A DNA stretch of 64,000 nucleotides from Zygnema circumcarinatum SAG 698-1b (Eukaryota > Plantae > Zygnematophyceae). This document shows positions 46,588-60,104 of this stretch, piece after piece. The notes below the pieces were generated by a model. It ran no database searches. It worked only from the letters and a program-made list of their open reading frames with translations, and was not told where the DNA came from. The stretch's first letter is position 1. The number at the start of each line of letters is the position of its first letter. The stretch spans positions 1,488,001 to 1,552,000 of the forward strand of contig CM074812.1 in the NCBI GenBank assembly GCA_037447605.1, written 5' to 3'. The position numbers and the translations under genes were made by a program.

Positions 46588-48279
46588 TCAATGAAACTTC
46601 TCATCTTTCAAAAGCAGCGACTGAAGGCCAAAAATGCAAAAAAGGAGCCCTCCAAAAAGTGACACCTGTCCACACATTCCCCATGTGACCCCACAAACAG
46701 ATTGAATGAAAGGATTTAACGAAAGGATTTGGAGAAAATAATTATCAGGAGGGAATTCAATAATTCTGCATCTGTCCAAGAAAGGGAAAGACAGTAAACA
46801 CGGGGCAATAAGGCAATAAAAAAGTGACTGTTTTGGGTCTCACCGTTTTTTCCGAAATTCGGGAAGCGAAAGCTTTTCCCCCGAGAACAGCGAGACCGGT
46901 GCACACTGCATGGCCTCTGCGGGCAAACGATCAGAGAGGGAGAGGGAGTGAGGTACGGAAAGAGGGGGGAGGAAGGGAGGGANNNNNNNNNNTGAGAATA
47001 GAGCACGGATGAGTGCTACAGGAGGGTGCCGCTCCGTTACCTCGCCACTTTTAGGGATGAGAGAAGAGACATATTTAGCGAAATCCAGTTTAGTCAAAAC
47101 TGCCCTCTACAAATCACCAGAACTTTTCCGCTTTATCTTTTTTTTACTTTTCTACCCCGGGAATCGGGCAGCCCCTCACATCATTCCACCAAGGGTGACT
47201 CCGAGAGCGCTTTCTTCTGCTGCAAGAGTGATTGTAGCGATCTGCATATATAGGAAATACAGCCCTTCATTCATCAGTAGCTTACTCTGATACCTACCTC
47301 TCTCTCTCATTGCGAAAGTGAGAGAGGTAGTGAGGTGGGGAGGACAGTGAGAGAGAGTTAGAGACGGAGAGGACAAAGAAAGGGGAGGGAACAGGGAGAA
47401 AACTGAAAAATGAGCCGAAAATAAGGAGGGGTAACGAGGTAGAGAGAGAGTGGTAGTGAAAGATATTGGGAGAGAGAGAGAGCGAGAGAGAGAGAGAGAG
47501 AGGGGGGGTGAGAGGTGTGCAGACCTGGCTTTTGTCTCCCCATTCTCCGAAGAAGGTAAGCGAAAATGTCTGCAGGAAAAAGAAAGGAAGCAAAGTAGGG
47601 AAACAAAAGAAATTGAAAAAATGCGCAACTTCGAGAACGCACAGAAGGAGAAGTCCACAAAATTTACAAAAAGGAAAAATATTTTGGGTAAAACTAGAAA
47701 GTTGACACCCCCAAAAGGTAGAAAGAAACGGGCAGATTCTGAAAATTTTGAGGTGCCCACCTCGAGCAGAACCGGAGAAACCAGATGAGTCCAAAAATGC
47801 GATTTTCCGTTGCTCTTTTTGTCGTTTTCACTTTTCTGCAAGTTTAAATAACGAGAATTTAAATCACAACATTGTAAAAATAACCTCTCGAAAAAACTTA
47901 ATCTTTCTTCCTTTCTCTCCCTCTCTCTCTCTCTCCCTCTCTCTCTAGGTTTCTCATTGGCGCTTTCTCCACCCTTTGGCCCACCTTGGATCCTTCCTTC
48001 CGCTTCTTGCTGTTGTCTTCTTTTTCCTGGGCAGCGGGCACGAAAATAAAGATTTCAGGTGGCTGCCCGAAACTTTGAGCAAAATGCGGCAAGAAAAGAC
48101 CCCTTCACTTATCATATGTCATTGCTTGACCAGAAGAGGGGGACGAAGGGAGAGGGATGGGGAGGGAGGGAGAAAGAGAGGGGGGAACGGAGGAGAGGGA
48201 GACACATGGAGTGGGAGGAGGTGCGAGAGAGGGTGGACGAGTTGGAAGGAAGTGAGGATGAGGAGAGGGAAAGAGGAGA

Positions 48280-48333
<54 letters not shown>

Positions 48334-50676
48334 AAAAGAGAGAGAGAGAGAGGGAGAGAGAGAGAGAGTCTAAGGCATTTACCAGCTGCTTCTCCACTTC
48401 TTGCAGTTCCTTAGACACCCTGCAGTTTCCAGAAACACCACGAAAAATTCAAATAAAAACTACCTTTACTTCCAGAAAGAATCTATAGAACAGAGCTCAC
48501 ATATAAATTACATTCTCCCAGTTAGGAAAAGCATCTTCTATTGAGCCCAATTTTTAAAGTGAGATTTTTTTTGGCGTAGAAATTTTCGCTCTTATCACTC
48601 CCAACCTCTCCCTTCACTCATTGAGTTAAGAAGAAATAACAAACTTACCCCCCTGTCAAAGTGAAGCCATCCCAAAGACTCCGAAGTCCAAAAATAAAAA
48701 AGAGAAGAGTGGCGCCATGGTGCGTCCATTTATGGGGAATCTATGCATAAAAAAAAATCCAAATTACCATATAATGTTGAAAAATTAGGGATTTCATTAC
48801 TATAAGGAATTTCGGGATGTCAGGGTTGCTTATGTTAACTCCTTAAGAAACAAAATCGTGTTTGTTTAGGGCTTTTCCTTAAGAAACAAGAGCTTTTAGG
48901 GTTACATGACTCACTTTTCTCTAAGTAGTTGAAGTTTGCATGACAAAACTTTGGGATTTTGAATGTTTTCTTATCTTGAATGCGTTTAAGGATTTCTGTG
49001 CTTAACAAGTTTAGGGTTTCCTTGGGTTTTTAGGGTTTTAGGGTTTTTAGGGTTTTTAGGGTTTTTAGGATTTTGAGTCTGTTCCAGGACCTAGTGCTTC
49101 TCGGGTTAGGAACTTTAGGGTTCAGGTTTAGGGTTTAGCGGTGCAGAGTATAAGTGCTCAAAATACAAACACAAAATAAAAAAAAATTCAAAATACAAAT
49201 CTGAATATAAAGTATATTCAGATTCAGATACATTGAGAGTATGAAGGGTTTTTTTTTTTTCACTTACCAAATTGGGAGCAAGCCATCCAACAAACGCTGA
49301 AAGCATAGTCATCAACTGCAACCCCATCACAGGCCCTCACAAAAATATTAAAAGAGAAAGGGGGGGAAGAGGGGGAAACAAACAAAAAAAAAAAGAGACT
49401 AAGATGTAGAGGTCGAAAAAAAAAGATAGGCATGAAGATTTTACTTCTCTTTTCCCAAAGGAAAGTCGCAAAATATTAGTTAAAATATAAGGAGTAAAAA
49501 AAGTTAAATGGGGATTTCAGCTCACCCAGAGAGCTCCCAAAGCGCCGGCCAAGACCAATCTCCGAGGGTGCCGCATGGCCATCAGCTGAAACCCCATTTA
49601 TACCCAAAAGCAGCACAATAAAGATAAGCTGATTAATTGGTAATAAGTAGAGAAATCAGTCACAAATTGGAAGTCATTCGAGAATATTCAAATGGGTTGC
49701 ATGGAATGCGGAGGGTTTTAACAAGCTCTCCGTTGAACGGATGTTTACATGGAGCAGGGAGTAGGAGAGGGGAGGAGGGGGAGGTGAAAGAAAAAGGGAG
49801 GACCAAAAAAATAGAGAGAGGAGGAGGGGAGAGCGCGAGAGAGAGAAAGAGAGCGAGAGAGATAGGGAGGGGGGAAGCGGGGCGACAGAGAGGTGGGGGA
49901 GAGGGAGTGGGGAGAGCGAGAAGATGGGAGAGGGGGGGAGAGAGGGGGGGAGAGAGGGAGAGAGAGGGGGAGAGAGAAGGGGGGAGAGAGGGGGGGGAGA
50001 GGTGGGGGAGAGGAAGAGAGGGGGGGGAGAGGGGGAAAGAGAGGGGGAGAGAGGGGGAAAGAGAGTGGGGGAGAGAGGGGAGGGAGATGGGGGGAGAGAG
50101 GGCGAGAGGGCGGGGAGGAAGGGGGAGAAAGAGGGGGGAGAGACGGGGAGAGAGAGGAGGGAGAGAAGGGAAGAGAGAGGGAGAGAGGGGGAAAAAAAGG
50201 GGGTGAGATAGGGGGGAGAGAGACGGGAGAAAGGCGGGAGCGAGAGTGAGGGAGAGAGCTAGAGGAGACCCACAGCGGCGACAAAGAACGTTTTGTCTCC
50301 GAGTTCCGACCCCAAGATCATGAACACGCCCTTGGCCAGCCCCTGCATTGGAAGCAACGCAGCTCTATGGGGTCAGTTCAAACCCTAACGGCGGCTCCAT
50401 GTGAGAAATGGAAAAAATCAGCTGCGTGAATGATTATGGTTTCTCTCACTCAGGCATATGTTTTCTTATTTTTTTTAAATAGTTCTAATCACTGCTAGCG
50501 GGTATTTGCGTTCTTGAAACATAAAATAAAAACAAATATATACTTGAATATACATTTTTTGTTTCACATATTTGTAACTCTATTTCTTTCAGATTCGGGA
50601 CATGGAACGACCCAAACCCTACAAGGAGGAGGCCCTGAACCCCCATGTCTCCCACCTCGGCAAAGCTGAGCCCCAT
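46588..50676 (-). CDS. GDT1: GDT1/UPF0016 (TMEM165 family) Ca2+/Mn2+ transporter, short plant GDT1-like 4/5 type
   Basis: Two family motifs, SELGDKTFF (exon 50274-50342) and GEWGDKSQ (exon ~47523-47567). Other exons: 50623-50676, 49526-49585 (LMAMRHPRRLVLAGALGALW), 49268-49315 (LMTMLSAFVGWLAPNL), 48649-48740 (KWTHHGATLLFFIFGLRSLWDGF), 48383-48419, ~47985-48026, ~47759-47837, ~47179-47240, ~46844-46916 (GGKAFASRISEK), 46588-~46665. Confidence 0.92.
49010..49140. repeat. Intronic telomere-like (TTTAGGG-variant) array
   Basis: agggtttttagggtttttaggg...agggttcaggtttagggtttag on +, i.e. AAACCCT on the GDT1 sense strand. Confidence 0.8.
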
Positions 50677-50881
50677 GCCGCCGCCACGTGGCACCTTCGC
50701 TCGTGTGAGGGAGCGCGCTGACTGGAGGAGAAGAGGCGGCTGCCAACGGTCCGACGCAGCTCTATGTGCGCAGTTCCGCGACTAGCGTAAAAATTGAACA
50801 GCTGACGGGACTGAGCCGCATCAAAGAGCATATGTATTTCGTACAGGGACATTTTTGCTAGTGCTGATGTGGCCAAAACGA

Positions 50882-50905
50882 CCAATCACATATCTCCACG
50901 TCATC
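50882..50905. promoter_or_regulatory. ER-stress response element (CCAAT-N9-CCACG) overlapping a UPRE-like CCACGTCATC
   Basis: Sequence CCAAT CACATATCT CCACG TCATC, ~205 bp upstream of the GDT1 ATG in the divergent GDT1/BC10 intergenic region. Exact match to the ERSE consensus; function not shown. Confidence 0.55.
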
Positions 50906-51018
50906 TTGATGGTACACGTGACAGGCGTTGATTCGACTTCTCGACCGACAACTTATGTCAATGTCTTCTCCATTAAAAAGCCACCACGTGTCGGTTTAGT
51001 TCGAGACTGTTCCAAATA

Positions 51019-51228
51019 GGGGAGGACAGACTTAACACATGGCCAAATCAATTTAGTAAGCCTGTCTGGCGAATTAAGCATTCACTACTGTATGTACGCA
51101 TTTCGATACGGCTGGGTTCGGCGGAGCCGCGGATCCCGATCCGGAATTCGTACACAAAACTTTGACTTTTAGTACACTGTACTAAATTCGGGAATTTAGT
51201 ACGGCCATGGTCAATGTCTGACTCCCCC
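51019..51228. mobile_element. MITE family A, copy 2
   Basis: TA|GGGGAGGACAGAC ... GTCTGACTCCCCC|TA; body similar to 411-614. Confidence 0.88.
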
Positions 51229-51267
51229 TAATGTGCTGATGTCATCGGTTTGAAAACCAGTAAACTT

Positions 51268-51474
51268 GGGAAACGCTATTAACACACCTTTTTGTCAAGA
51301 TACACAGCGTTTTTGTCTAGATATATACCATTTTTGTCAATATACACGCCTTTATGTCTAGATGCACACCTTATTCCGCCGGCCAGATTTTATTTTGGGA
51401 TCTTCATGGTATTTCGAGTAATTTTTTTAAAAGGTGTGTATCTAGACAAAGAAGGTGTGTAAATAGTAATTCCC
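51268..51474. mobile_element. ~207-bp Mutator-like MITE with ~44-bp TIRs and subterminal ~21-bp repeats
   Basis: Left GGGAAACGCTATTAACACACCTTTTTGTCAAGATACACA versus reverse complement of right GGGAATTACTATTTACACACCTTCTTTGTCTAGATACACA. Four tandem TTT(T/A)TGTC(A/T)A..T..AC units on the left. Flanks AGTAAACTT / GCAAAACTT resemble a degenerate 9-bp TSD. Confidence 0.7.
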
Positions 51475-52010
51475 GCAAAACTTTTGTCAAGTTTTCTCCG
51501 TATGGACAGAGTCATATGTAAACAGTTAAGCGTTGGCAACTCTCGACGCTGAGACAGAGACTTTGCAGCATGGAACCCAAGTTAACTGCTGACATCATCA
51601 AATCGGTTGCCATGTCATAACAACGACTTATTGGAGGTACGTTTGTCGTTTAGCGGGCGGAACAACATAAACACAAGAAAAAGACAAAGCACGGTGAGTT
51701 CGAGCTCATGAGAAAAGCTGAGTAGAGCTGTGATGACGTCATAACTGTGTAACATGGCATCACTAACAAGACCACCTCCCCGACTTCCCGCTGACACGCA
51801 TTTGAAAGTTTGAAAAAAATTGGCCGTTGGTTGACGGTCCAGGCGCGGAGGGAGAGGGAGGGAGGGAGCGAGCGAGGGAGAGAAGGAGAGAGAGAGAGAG
51901 AGAAAAAGAGAGAGAGAGAAGAACAGCTAAAGGAAGGGGAGAGAGAAGAGAGGGAGAGAGAGGAGAGAGGGTAGAGAGAAAGAGAGGACAGAGGGGAGTG
52001 GGCAGCCGCC

Positions 52011-53818
52011 ATGGCCAAGCTCCTGCCAACCCTGAACCCTCTCAAAACCCTCATCATCATTTTATCCCTCTTACACGCGTCATGCGTGCACGCACTTTCA
52101 GGCTTTGCTTTTGGCATGCCCGGCCAGGGACTCGTGTCAGCGATCGGCTCACGCATGTTTGGACGGCGGAGATTTCTCTACGAGGAGAGTGAGAAGGAGA
52201 TGAGGGCCAAAGAGACTCTTTTAGGGTTAGCGGATCGGCTGGACGAGGAGCTTTTCGCACGTGCGAGGGAGGTGGAGAAGGGGCGGAGCATGGGGGAGAG
52301 CGCGGGAGGGAGAGCGAAAGTGGCGTTGATGTTCCTCACGAAGGATGAGCTGAAGCATGATACGCTCTGGGAGAGGTGGATCAAGGTAGGGAAGGAGAGG
52401 GAAGGAGGGGAGGGAGGGGGAGAGGGAGGGGGAGAGGGAGAAGGGGAAGGAGAGGGAGGGAGGGAGGGAAGGGAGGGGGGAAAGGGAGAGAGGGAGAGGG
52501 AGGAAGGGGAGGCAGGGGGAGAGGGAGAAGAAGAGGGAGGGAGGGAGGGAAGGGAAGGGAGGGGGGAAGGGACAGAGGGGGAGAGAGAGGGAGGGAGGTG
52601 GGAAGGGAGGGGGGGAAGGGAGAGAGGGAGCTGGAGGGAGTGAATGAGGGAGGGAGGGGAGGGAGGAGGGAAGGGAGAGAGAGGGAGTGGGAGGGAGGGA
52701 AAGGGAGATTGAAGGATGGAAAGGGGGGCTGGAGGCTAGAGGGAGGAGTGGAGGGGGGAGAAGGAAGGGGGGTTCTGGGAGGGAAAAGGTGGGAAAGATG
52801 AAGGAAATTGGGGGAAAAAGGGCAAGGGAGGGTTGGGAAGAGGGAGAGGAAGAGAGAAGAGGGGCAAAGGGAGTGGGGAGGTGGAGAGCAAATGGAACAG
52901 CGAGAGAGTGGGACGAGGGAGAAAGAACGCAGCTGAATGGAGGGGAGGGAGGAAGGGAGAGATGGGAAGTTAGAGGAAAAAGAGAGAGGTTGGCGTGGAA
53001 GGGTGGGAGGAGGCTTGCATGCATTCAGAAATTGACTCTTTGTCGCTGTTCATAGTATTGTTTGCTGGGGGTGCTGTTCTAGCATTTCTTTTCTCTTCTC
53101 TTTTCTTTTCTCCTTTCATTTCTTTTTCGTTTCTTTTTCCCTCTCTGCTTCCCTTTCCCTCTCTCTCTTCTCCCACACTCTCTCTCGCTCTATATAAATC
53201 TCTCTCTCTTTATCTCTCTTTCTTCAACCTTTCGTCTCGCCCTCGCCTCTCTCACACTCTCTCCCTCCTCTCGCTAATCATAAGCGGAAATCAGTTATTG
53301 TGTTGACAAAACAAGCTCTACTAATATTTCATGTCATTAAGACCGTCATCTTGCCGCGAGTACATCTCTAATTTGATACGAACACACCCTTTTGTTCTAT
53401 GTGGACTAAAGTACCTTTTACTTTTCTTGTTTTTTCAATTCAGGGCCACGAGGACCTTTACAGCATATACATTCATGCGGCAACTCCCGGATTTGAATAT
53501 AACGGAAGCACCACAAAGGCAACGGCTTTTTATGGTCGCCAAGTTCCGAGCGTTGAAGTATGTATGAAACTTTATACTGTACTTGCTGTGTGAGAGAGAG
53601 GAAGATCAGGAGGGAGGAAGCATTTTACAGGAGGGATTTCCGTGGAGTGGGAGGAAGGAGCGTTTATTAGGGGAGAGGGAGAGGAAGGGGAAGAGGTAGA
53701 GAGAGTAGGCCAAGAACAGATTTTGGGGGAATAGGAAAGGAGGAGAAAGAAGGAAGGAGGGAGAGACAGAGACGGTAAGCTGAGAGCGAGCGAGCTACGA
53801 GAGATAAAGGGGGCGAGA

Positions 53819-53872
<54 letters not shown>

Positions 53873-55226
53873 GGAAGAGATCCCTTTCCAACTCTGTCCT
53901 TTGTCTCCCTCTCCGCAGAGCCAATGGGGCGGTCTCGCCCTCCTTCGCGCGGAGCGGCGCATTCTCGCCATCGCTCTCGCAGAGCCGCGAAATGAAAGAT
54001 TTGTGCTTTTGTCGGAGAGGTATCCCCCATTCACCTTCGCTCTCCCTCACTCTCTATCCCCCTCACTCTCTCATTTCCTCTCTCGCTTTATCTCTCCTTT
54101 ATCTCTCTGTCGCGCTCTCCCCCCCCCTCCCTCTCTCTCTCTCTCTCTCTTTTTCTCTCGCCCTCTCTCTCTCTCTCTTCCTCTTCCTATAGTCCAAAAC
54201 TTACTCCAAAACTTGCTCCAAAACTACTCCAAATTTTGCTGCAATTCTTCAGGCTCATATTTCTGTAAAGTTGGGGGATTTTTTTGGGTTGTAAGCGAAT
54301 TTTTCTGTGCCTGGAGAACTTGTCACCATTTTTTCTTCTTTGGTCAATTTTCAACGCATAAGTTTGTGGTTGTTTATTTGGGTTACAGTTGTGTACCCAT
54401 TTGGCCTGCTCCGTACATCTACAACTATCTTACAGAGGCTCAATCAAGCTATATTGGCGCGTGAGTCCCTCTTGCCCTCCCTCTCTCCCCCACACCCCCC
54501 CTCTCCCTTCCCCACTCTCCCTCTCCCTCTCCCTCTCCCTCTCCCNNNNNNNNNNCTTCCCTTTCCCTCTCTCTCTTCTCCCACACTCTCTCTCGCTCTA
54601 TATAAATCTCTCTCTCTTTATCTCTCTTTCTTCAACCTTTCGTCTCGCCCTCGCCTCTCTCACACTCTCTCCCTCCTCTCGCTAATCATAAGCGGAAATC
54701 AGTTATTGTGTTGACAAAACAAGCTCTACTAATATTTCATGTCATTAAGACCGTCATCTTGCCGCGAGTACATCTCTAATTTGATACGAACACACCCTTT
54801 TGTTCTATGTGGACTAAAGTACCTTTTACTTTTCTTGTTTTTTCAATTCAGGGCCACGAGGACCTTTACAGCATATACATTCATGCGGCAACTCCCGGAT
54901 TTGAATATAACGGAAGCACCACAAAGGCAACGGCTTTTTATGGTCGCCAAGTTCCGAGCGTTGAAGTATGTATGAAACTTTATACTGTACTTGCTGTGTG
55001 AGAGAGAGGAAGATCAGGAGGGAGGAAGCATTTTACAGGAGGGATTTCCGTGGAGTGGGAGGAAGGAGCGTTTATTAGGGGAGAGGGAGAGGAAGGGGAA
55101 GAGGTAGAGAGAGTAGGCCAAGAACAGATTTTGGGGGAATAGGAAAGGAGGAGAAAGAAGGAAGGAGGGAGAGACAGAGACGGTAAGCTGAGAGCGAGCG
55201 AGCTACGAGAGATAAAGGGGGCGAGA

Positions 55227-55280
<54 letters not shown>

Positions 55281-58200
55281 GGAAGAGATCCCTTTCCAAC
55301 TCTGTCCTTTGTCTCCCTCTCCGCAGAGCCAATGGGGCGGTCTCGCCCTCCTTCGCGCGGAGCGGCGCATTCTCGCCATCGCTCTCGCAGAGCCGCGAAA
55401 TGAAAGATTTGTGCTTTTGTCGGAGAGGTATCCCCCATTCACCTTCGCTCTCCCTCACTCTCTATCCCCCTCACTCTCTCATTTCCTCTCTCGCTTTATC
55501 TCTCCTTTATCTCTCTGTCGCGCTCTCCCCCCCCCTCCCTCTCTCTCTCTCTCTCTCTTTTTCTCTCGCCCTCTCTCTCTCTCTCTTCCTCTTCCTATAG
55601 TCCAAAACTTACTCCAAAACTTGCTCCAAAACTACTCCAAATTTTGCTGCAATTCTTCAGGCTCATATTTCTGTAAAGTTGGGGGATTTTTTTGGGTTGT
55701 AAGCGAATTTTTCTGTGCCTGGAGAACTTGTCACCATTTTTTCTTCTTTGGTCAATTTTCAACGCATAAGTTTGTGGTTGTTTATTTGGGTTACAGTTGT
55801 GTACCCATTTGGCCTGCTCCGTACATCTACAACTATCTTACAGAGGCTCAATCAAGCTATATTGGCGCGTGAGTCCCTCTTGCCCTCCCTCTCCCCCACA
55901 CCCCCCTTCTCCCTTCCCCACTCTCCCTCTCCCTCTCCCTTCCCCTCCCCTCTCCCTCTCCCTCTCCCTCTCCCTCTCCCTCTCCCTCTCCCTCTCCCTC
56001 TCCCTCTCCCTCCCTCCCTCTCCCTTCCCTCCCTCTCCCTCCCTCCCTCTCCCTCTCCCTCTCCCTCTCCCCTCCCCTCCCTCTTCCTCTCCCTCCCTCT
56101 CCCTCCCTCCCTCCCTCCCTCTCCCTTCTCCCCTCCCTCTCCCTTTCTTTTCCCTCCCTCCCTCTCCCTTTCTTTCCCTCCCTTTCCTCCCTTTCCTCCC
56201 CTCCCCTCCCCTCCCTTTCTCTCCCTCCCTTTCCTCCCTCTCCCTCCCTCTCCCTCTCCCTCTCCCTCTCCCTCTCCCTCTCCCTCTCTCCCTTTTTCTG
56301 TTTACCTCTCCCCGTCTTCCTCCCCTCCCCGAAACGGAATCCCAAAGAACCTCATCAATTTAAACACCGATTAGCGACAATTTGAGCCTCTAATTCCTTG
56401 AATTTAGGACACAAGAATGATGTAACTATAGCCATAGGAAATGTTCGAATACGAAGCAAATTAAATCCAGCATGGGAAGGGCATGTTGTAATGTATGAAG
56501 GGTAATGCGCATCCTCCTCTTCTCTCTTTCTCTCTCTACCTCTCTCGCTCTCTTCTCTCTTTATTTCTCTCTTACTCTCTCTCCCTCTCCCTCGCCCACG
56601 CCCTCCCCCCTTCCCTTTCCCCCTCCCCCCTCCCCCCTCCCCTCCCCTCGCCCTCTCCCTCTCCCACTCCTTCCCCCTGCCCTTTCCCCCTCTCCCTCGC
56701 TGCATCTCTCTCGTTCTCTCGCTCTTCCTCACCCACTCTCTCTATCTCACTTCTCTCCCCCCTCTCTCTCTCTCTCGTGTTACAGTTCCCACACGTGGTT
56801 CAGATGGCATCCGGGTTTTTTACCGGAAATTCCATCGCAAGTTTGGAAGAAAGGCTCTCAGGTACTCACTCCACTGCTTTGACTTCGAATTAAAAATCTC
56901 TGAACGAATTTAAGTATGAACAATGTAAGAATGTGAGTTCAAGAAGTACGAATTGAACTGAGTTTCAAAATATAGGCTTTTGAAGAATTTAACAAGATAA
57001 AGAATGCAGATGTTAAGAATTTGCATTTTTTAAGAATATACATGGAATAAAGGGAAAATGATTGTACAGCTTTCAAGGGAGGTTTGTCAACTTGTACTGC
57101 TGCAGTTGTAAATATTATTGCTGACACAAAAAAAAAAAAATTTGCTCTGCAGTGGTTTTCCATCATTCGAGATCACGCAATGTTGGCGATAAACGATACT
57201 CTTATTTACAACGTTCTCTGTGAAAGATTTGCTGATAAGGTACGGCAAGTGTATGGGGAGGAAACTACGAGAGAAAAGGACGAGAAGAACTGGAAGATGG
57301 AAATTAAGCTTAAATTTTTTTTCTTTTCTCTGTATGTCCTTTAGAAAGATTAAGAAATTTACTAAGAAATGAAGCGACATCAGTTGGTTCAGGTTTTTTT
57401 TTTTATTTTTAGAATGTCGACAAGGCGAGGTTCACGACATGAACTAAAATCGGGCAATTGCTTTGTTTGTTTGTTTTTTTTTGTTTTTTTCTGTTGTAGA
57501 TTTTGGACGAGCATTACTTCCAAACTCTCATCTCGGTGAGATTTCTTAAATCTTTTGACTGAGGGAGGAAGTTTTTTGGGTTTTCCTTTACCCCCTCCCT
57601 CCCTCTCCCTCCACCTCTTTCACACTCTCTCCCTTTCCTTCCCCTTCCCCTCTACCTCCCGCTCTCTCCGTCCACCTCACTTTCTCCCCCTCTCCCTTTG
57701 TCTCCCTCCCTCGCCCACCACTTCACTCACTCTCTCCCCCACCCCAACCCCCTTCCCCTCCCCCTCCCCCTCCCNNNNNNNNNNCTCCCCCACCCCAACC
57801 CCCTTCCCCTCCCCCTCCCCCTCCCCCTCCCTCCCTCACCCTCCACTTCACTCACTCTCTCCCCCTCCTCCCCCTCTCCCTCCCTCTCCCTCCCTCTCCC
57901 TCCCCCTCCCCCTCCCCCACTTCACTTTCTCCCCCTCCACCCCCTCCCTCTCCCTCTCCCTCCCTCACCCTCCACTTTTCTCACTCTCTCCCTCCCTCCC
58001 TCCCTCCCTCCAGTGGATGGGCGCCCCCCTCGTGGAGCCCCGCCCTGTGACATATGTCGACTGGCGCGAGATTCAGGGCCGCCATCCGTACACCTTCTCC
58101 GAGGACGAGGTCAGCGCCGACACCCTCCGCGGCATCCGCGAGCGAACGGTTTCCATGAAGGAGGGACTCTGGTCCGTTTGGTCCGAGGACGTCAACTGCA

Positions 58201-58295
58201 CTGTCAACGGAAACACAAGGAACTGCTTCCTCTTTGCGAGGAAGTTTCCTGCAAGTTCCAGACTGTTGCAGGTGGCGGACGAGCTCCAGTTTTAG
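52011..58295 (+). CDS. BC10-like / DUF266 core-2/I-branching beta-1,6-GlcNAc-transferase-family (GT14-like) glycosyltransferase, ~380 aa
   Basis: Exons 52011-52385, 53444-53557, 53919-54019, 54389-54460 (these three repeated at +1408), 56786-56861, 57153-57239, 57500-57535, 58014-58295. N-terminal hydrophobic anchor. Motifs KVALMFLT, LWERW, GHEDLYSIYIH, FYGRQVPS, WGGLALLRAERRILAIAL, NERFVLLSESCVP, WKKGSQWF, DEHYF, TYVDW and CFLFARKF. Confidence 0.92.
53149..55950. repeat. 1408-bp tandem duplication spanning BC10-like exons 2-4, joined by a 10-N gap (probable assembly artefact)
   Basis: 53149-54545 is repeated at 54556-~55950. The ORF track lists identical ORFs offset by 1408. The only differences seen are in the terminal CT tract. 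Confidence 0.9.
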
Positions 58296-59150
58296 GGTTC
58301 AGGGCCGAGCGTTGTGGTGTTGAGCACAATGGGAGGGTTCAGGGAGTAGGGTTTTAGGGTTTTAGGGCTTGGGGTTGAGGAAGTGGAAGTATGTTTAGAG
58401 GCATGTTATGATTGGTCAAGGTTTGCGAAAAAGCAAACCATATATGTAAGTAAGGGAATCTCTTTTCAAGCATGAAAAAAGAGAAAGGAGGGGGGTGGGG
58501 GGAGGTGGCAATGGAGGTTTAAGGTTTAGGGTTTAGGGTATGGGGTTTTGAGTTTCTAGGAAATAGGATCGTACACATATATGTATGAATATAATCGGCG
58601 AAGAAACGCCTTAGGGGATGCCATTTCCTTTTCCCCTTAGGGGAAAATCTCAAAGGAGGTTGAAATATTGAAAGTATTGGAACTTGGAAGAAGTTACAGT
58701 GAGAACCTTGCAGTTCTGCATGGACAAGCTGTTTTGTTGTCAGAGTTCAGGAGAGTTTTCAGGTCTTTGTTGGTTTGAGGGTTTTACAATTTTCAAGGTA
58801 TTGTTGGAGTGAGGATAGATGAGATCAAAATTGTGATAAAATTTGTCATCTACGTTTCTGGGGTTGCAGGAGGAAACTGAGACGTTTGTGGTTTTGGAAG
58901 AGAAGTAGCAATCTTTTGGAGAGGAGGTAGTTTTCCGAAGAAAACAAAGTTTGAAATGTTTATGGAAAAGTCCCTCTCACTCTCTACCTCTCTGTGCATG
59001 CACACGTAACACTTTTTACATGGAACACCGTCACCCGTTACAATCTTTCATCCGTGACATCATAATTCGTTTCACCCAACAACAGTAACTTACCGTTTCA
59101 CTTCACAAGCGATCCTTAACGAATTTCATCGCAAGTGCCCACAGCCGATT

Positions 59151-59988
<838 letters not shown>

Positions 59989-60104
59989 GGAGGATCGGAA
60001 AAAGATATGAAAATAAAAAAAATATAAGAAAAAGAAAATACATTTACACACATATGCCTCTTCTCCCCCACCCCCCCCACCCTTCCCCTCCCCTCCCACA
60101 TATC

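Noticed and set aside
50619-50885. 88-aa ORF upstream of and overlapping GDT1 exon 1
   Set aside because: It is in a different frame from the GDT1 model, spans promoter/5'UTR sequence, and has no homology cues.
56370-56480. Unique AT-rich island in a BC10 intron as an extra exon
   Set aside because: The candidate acceptor gives an early stop in the required phase, and exons 4 and 5 join in frame without it.
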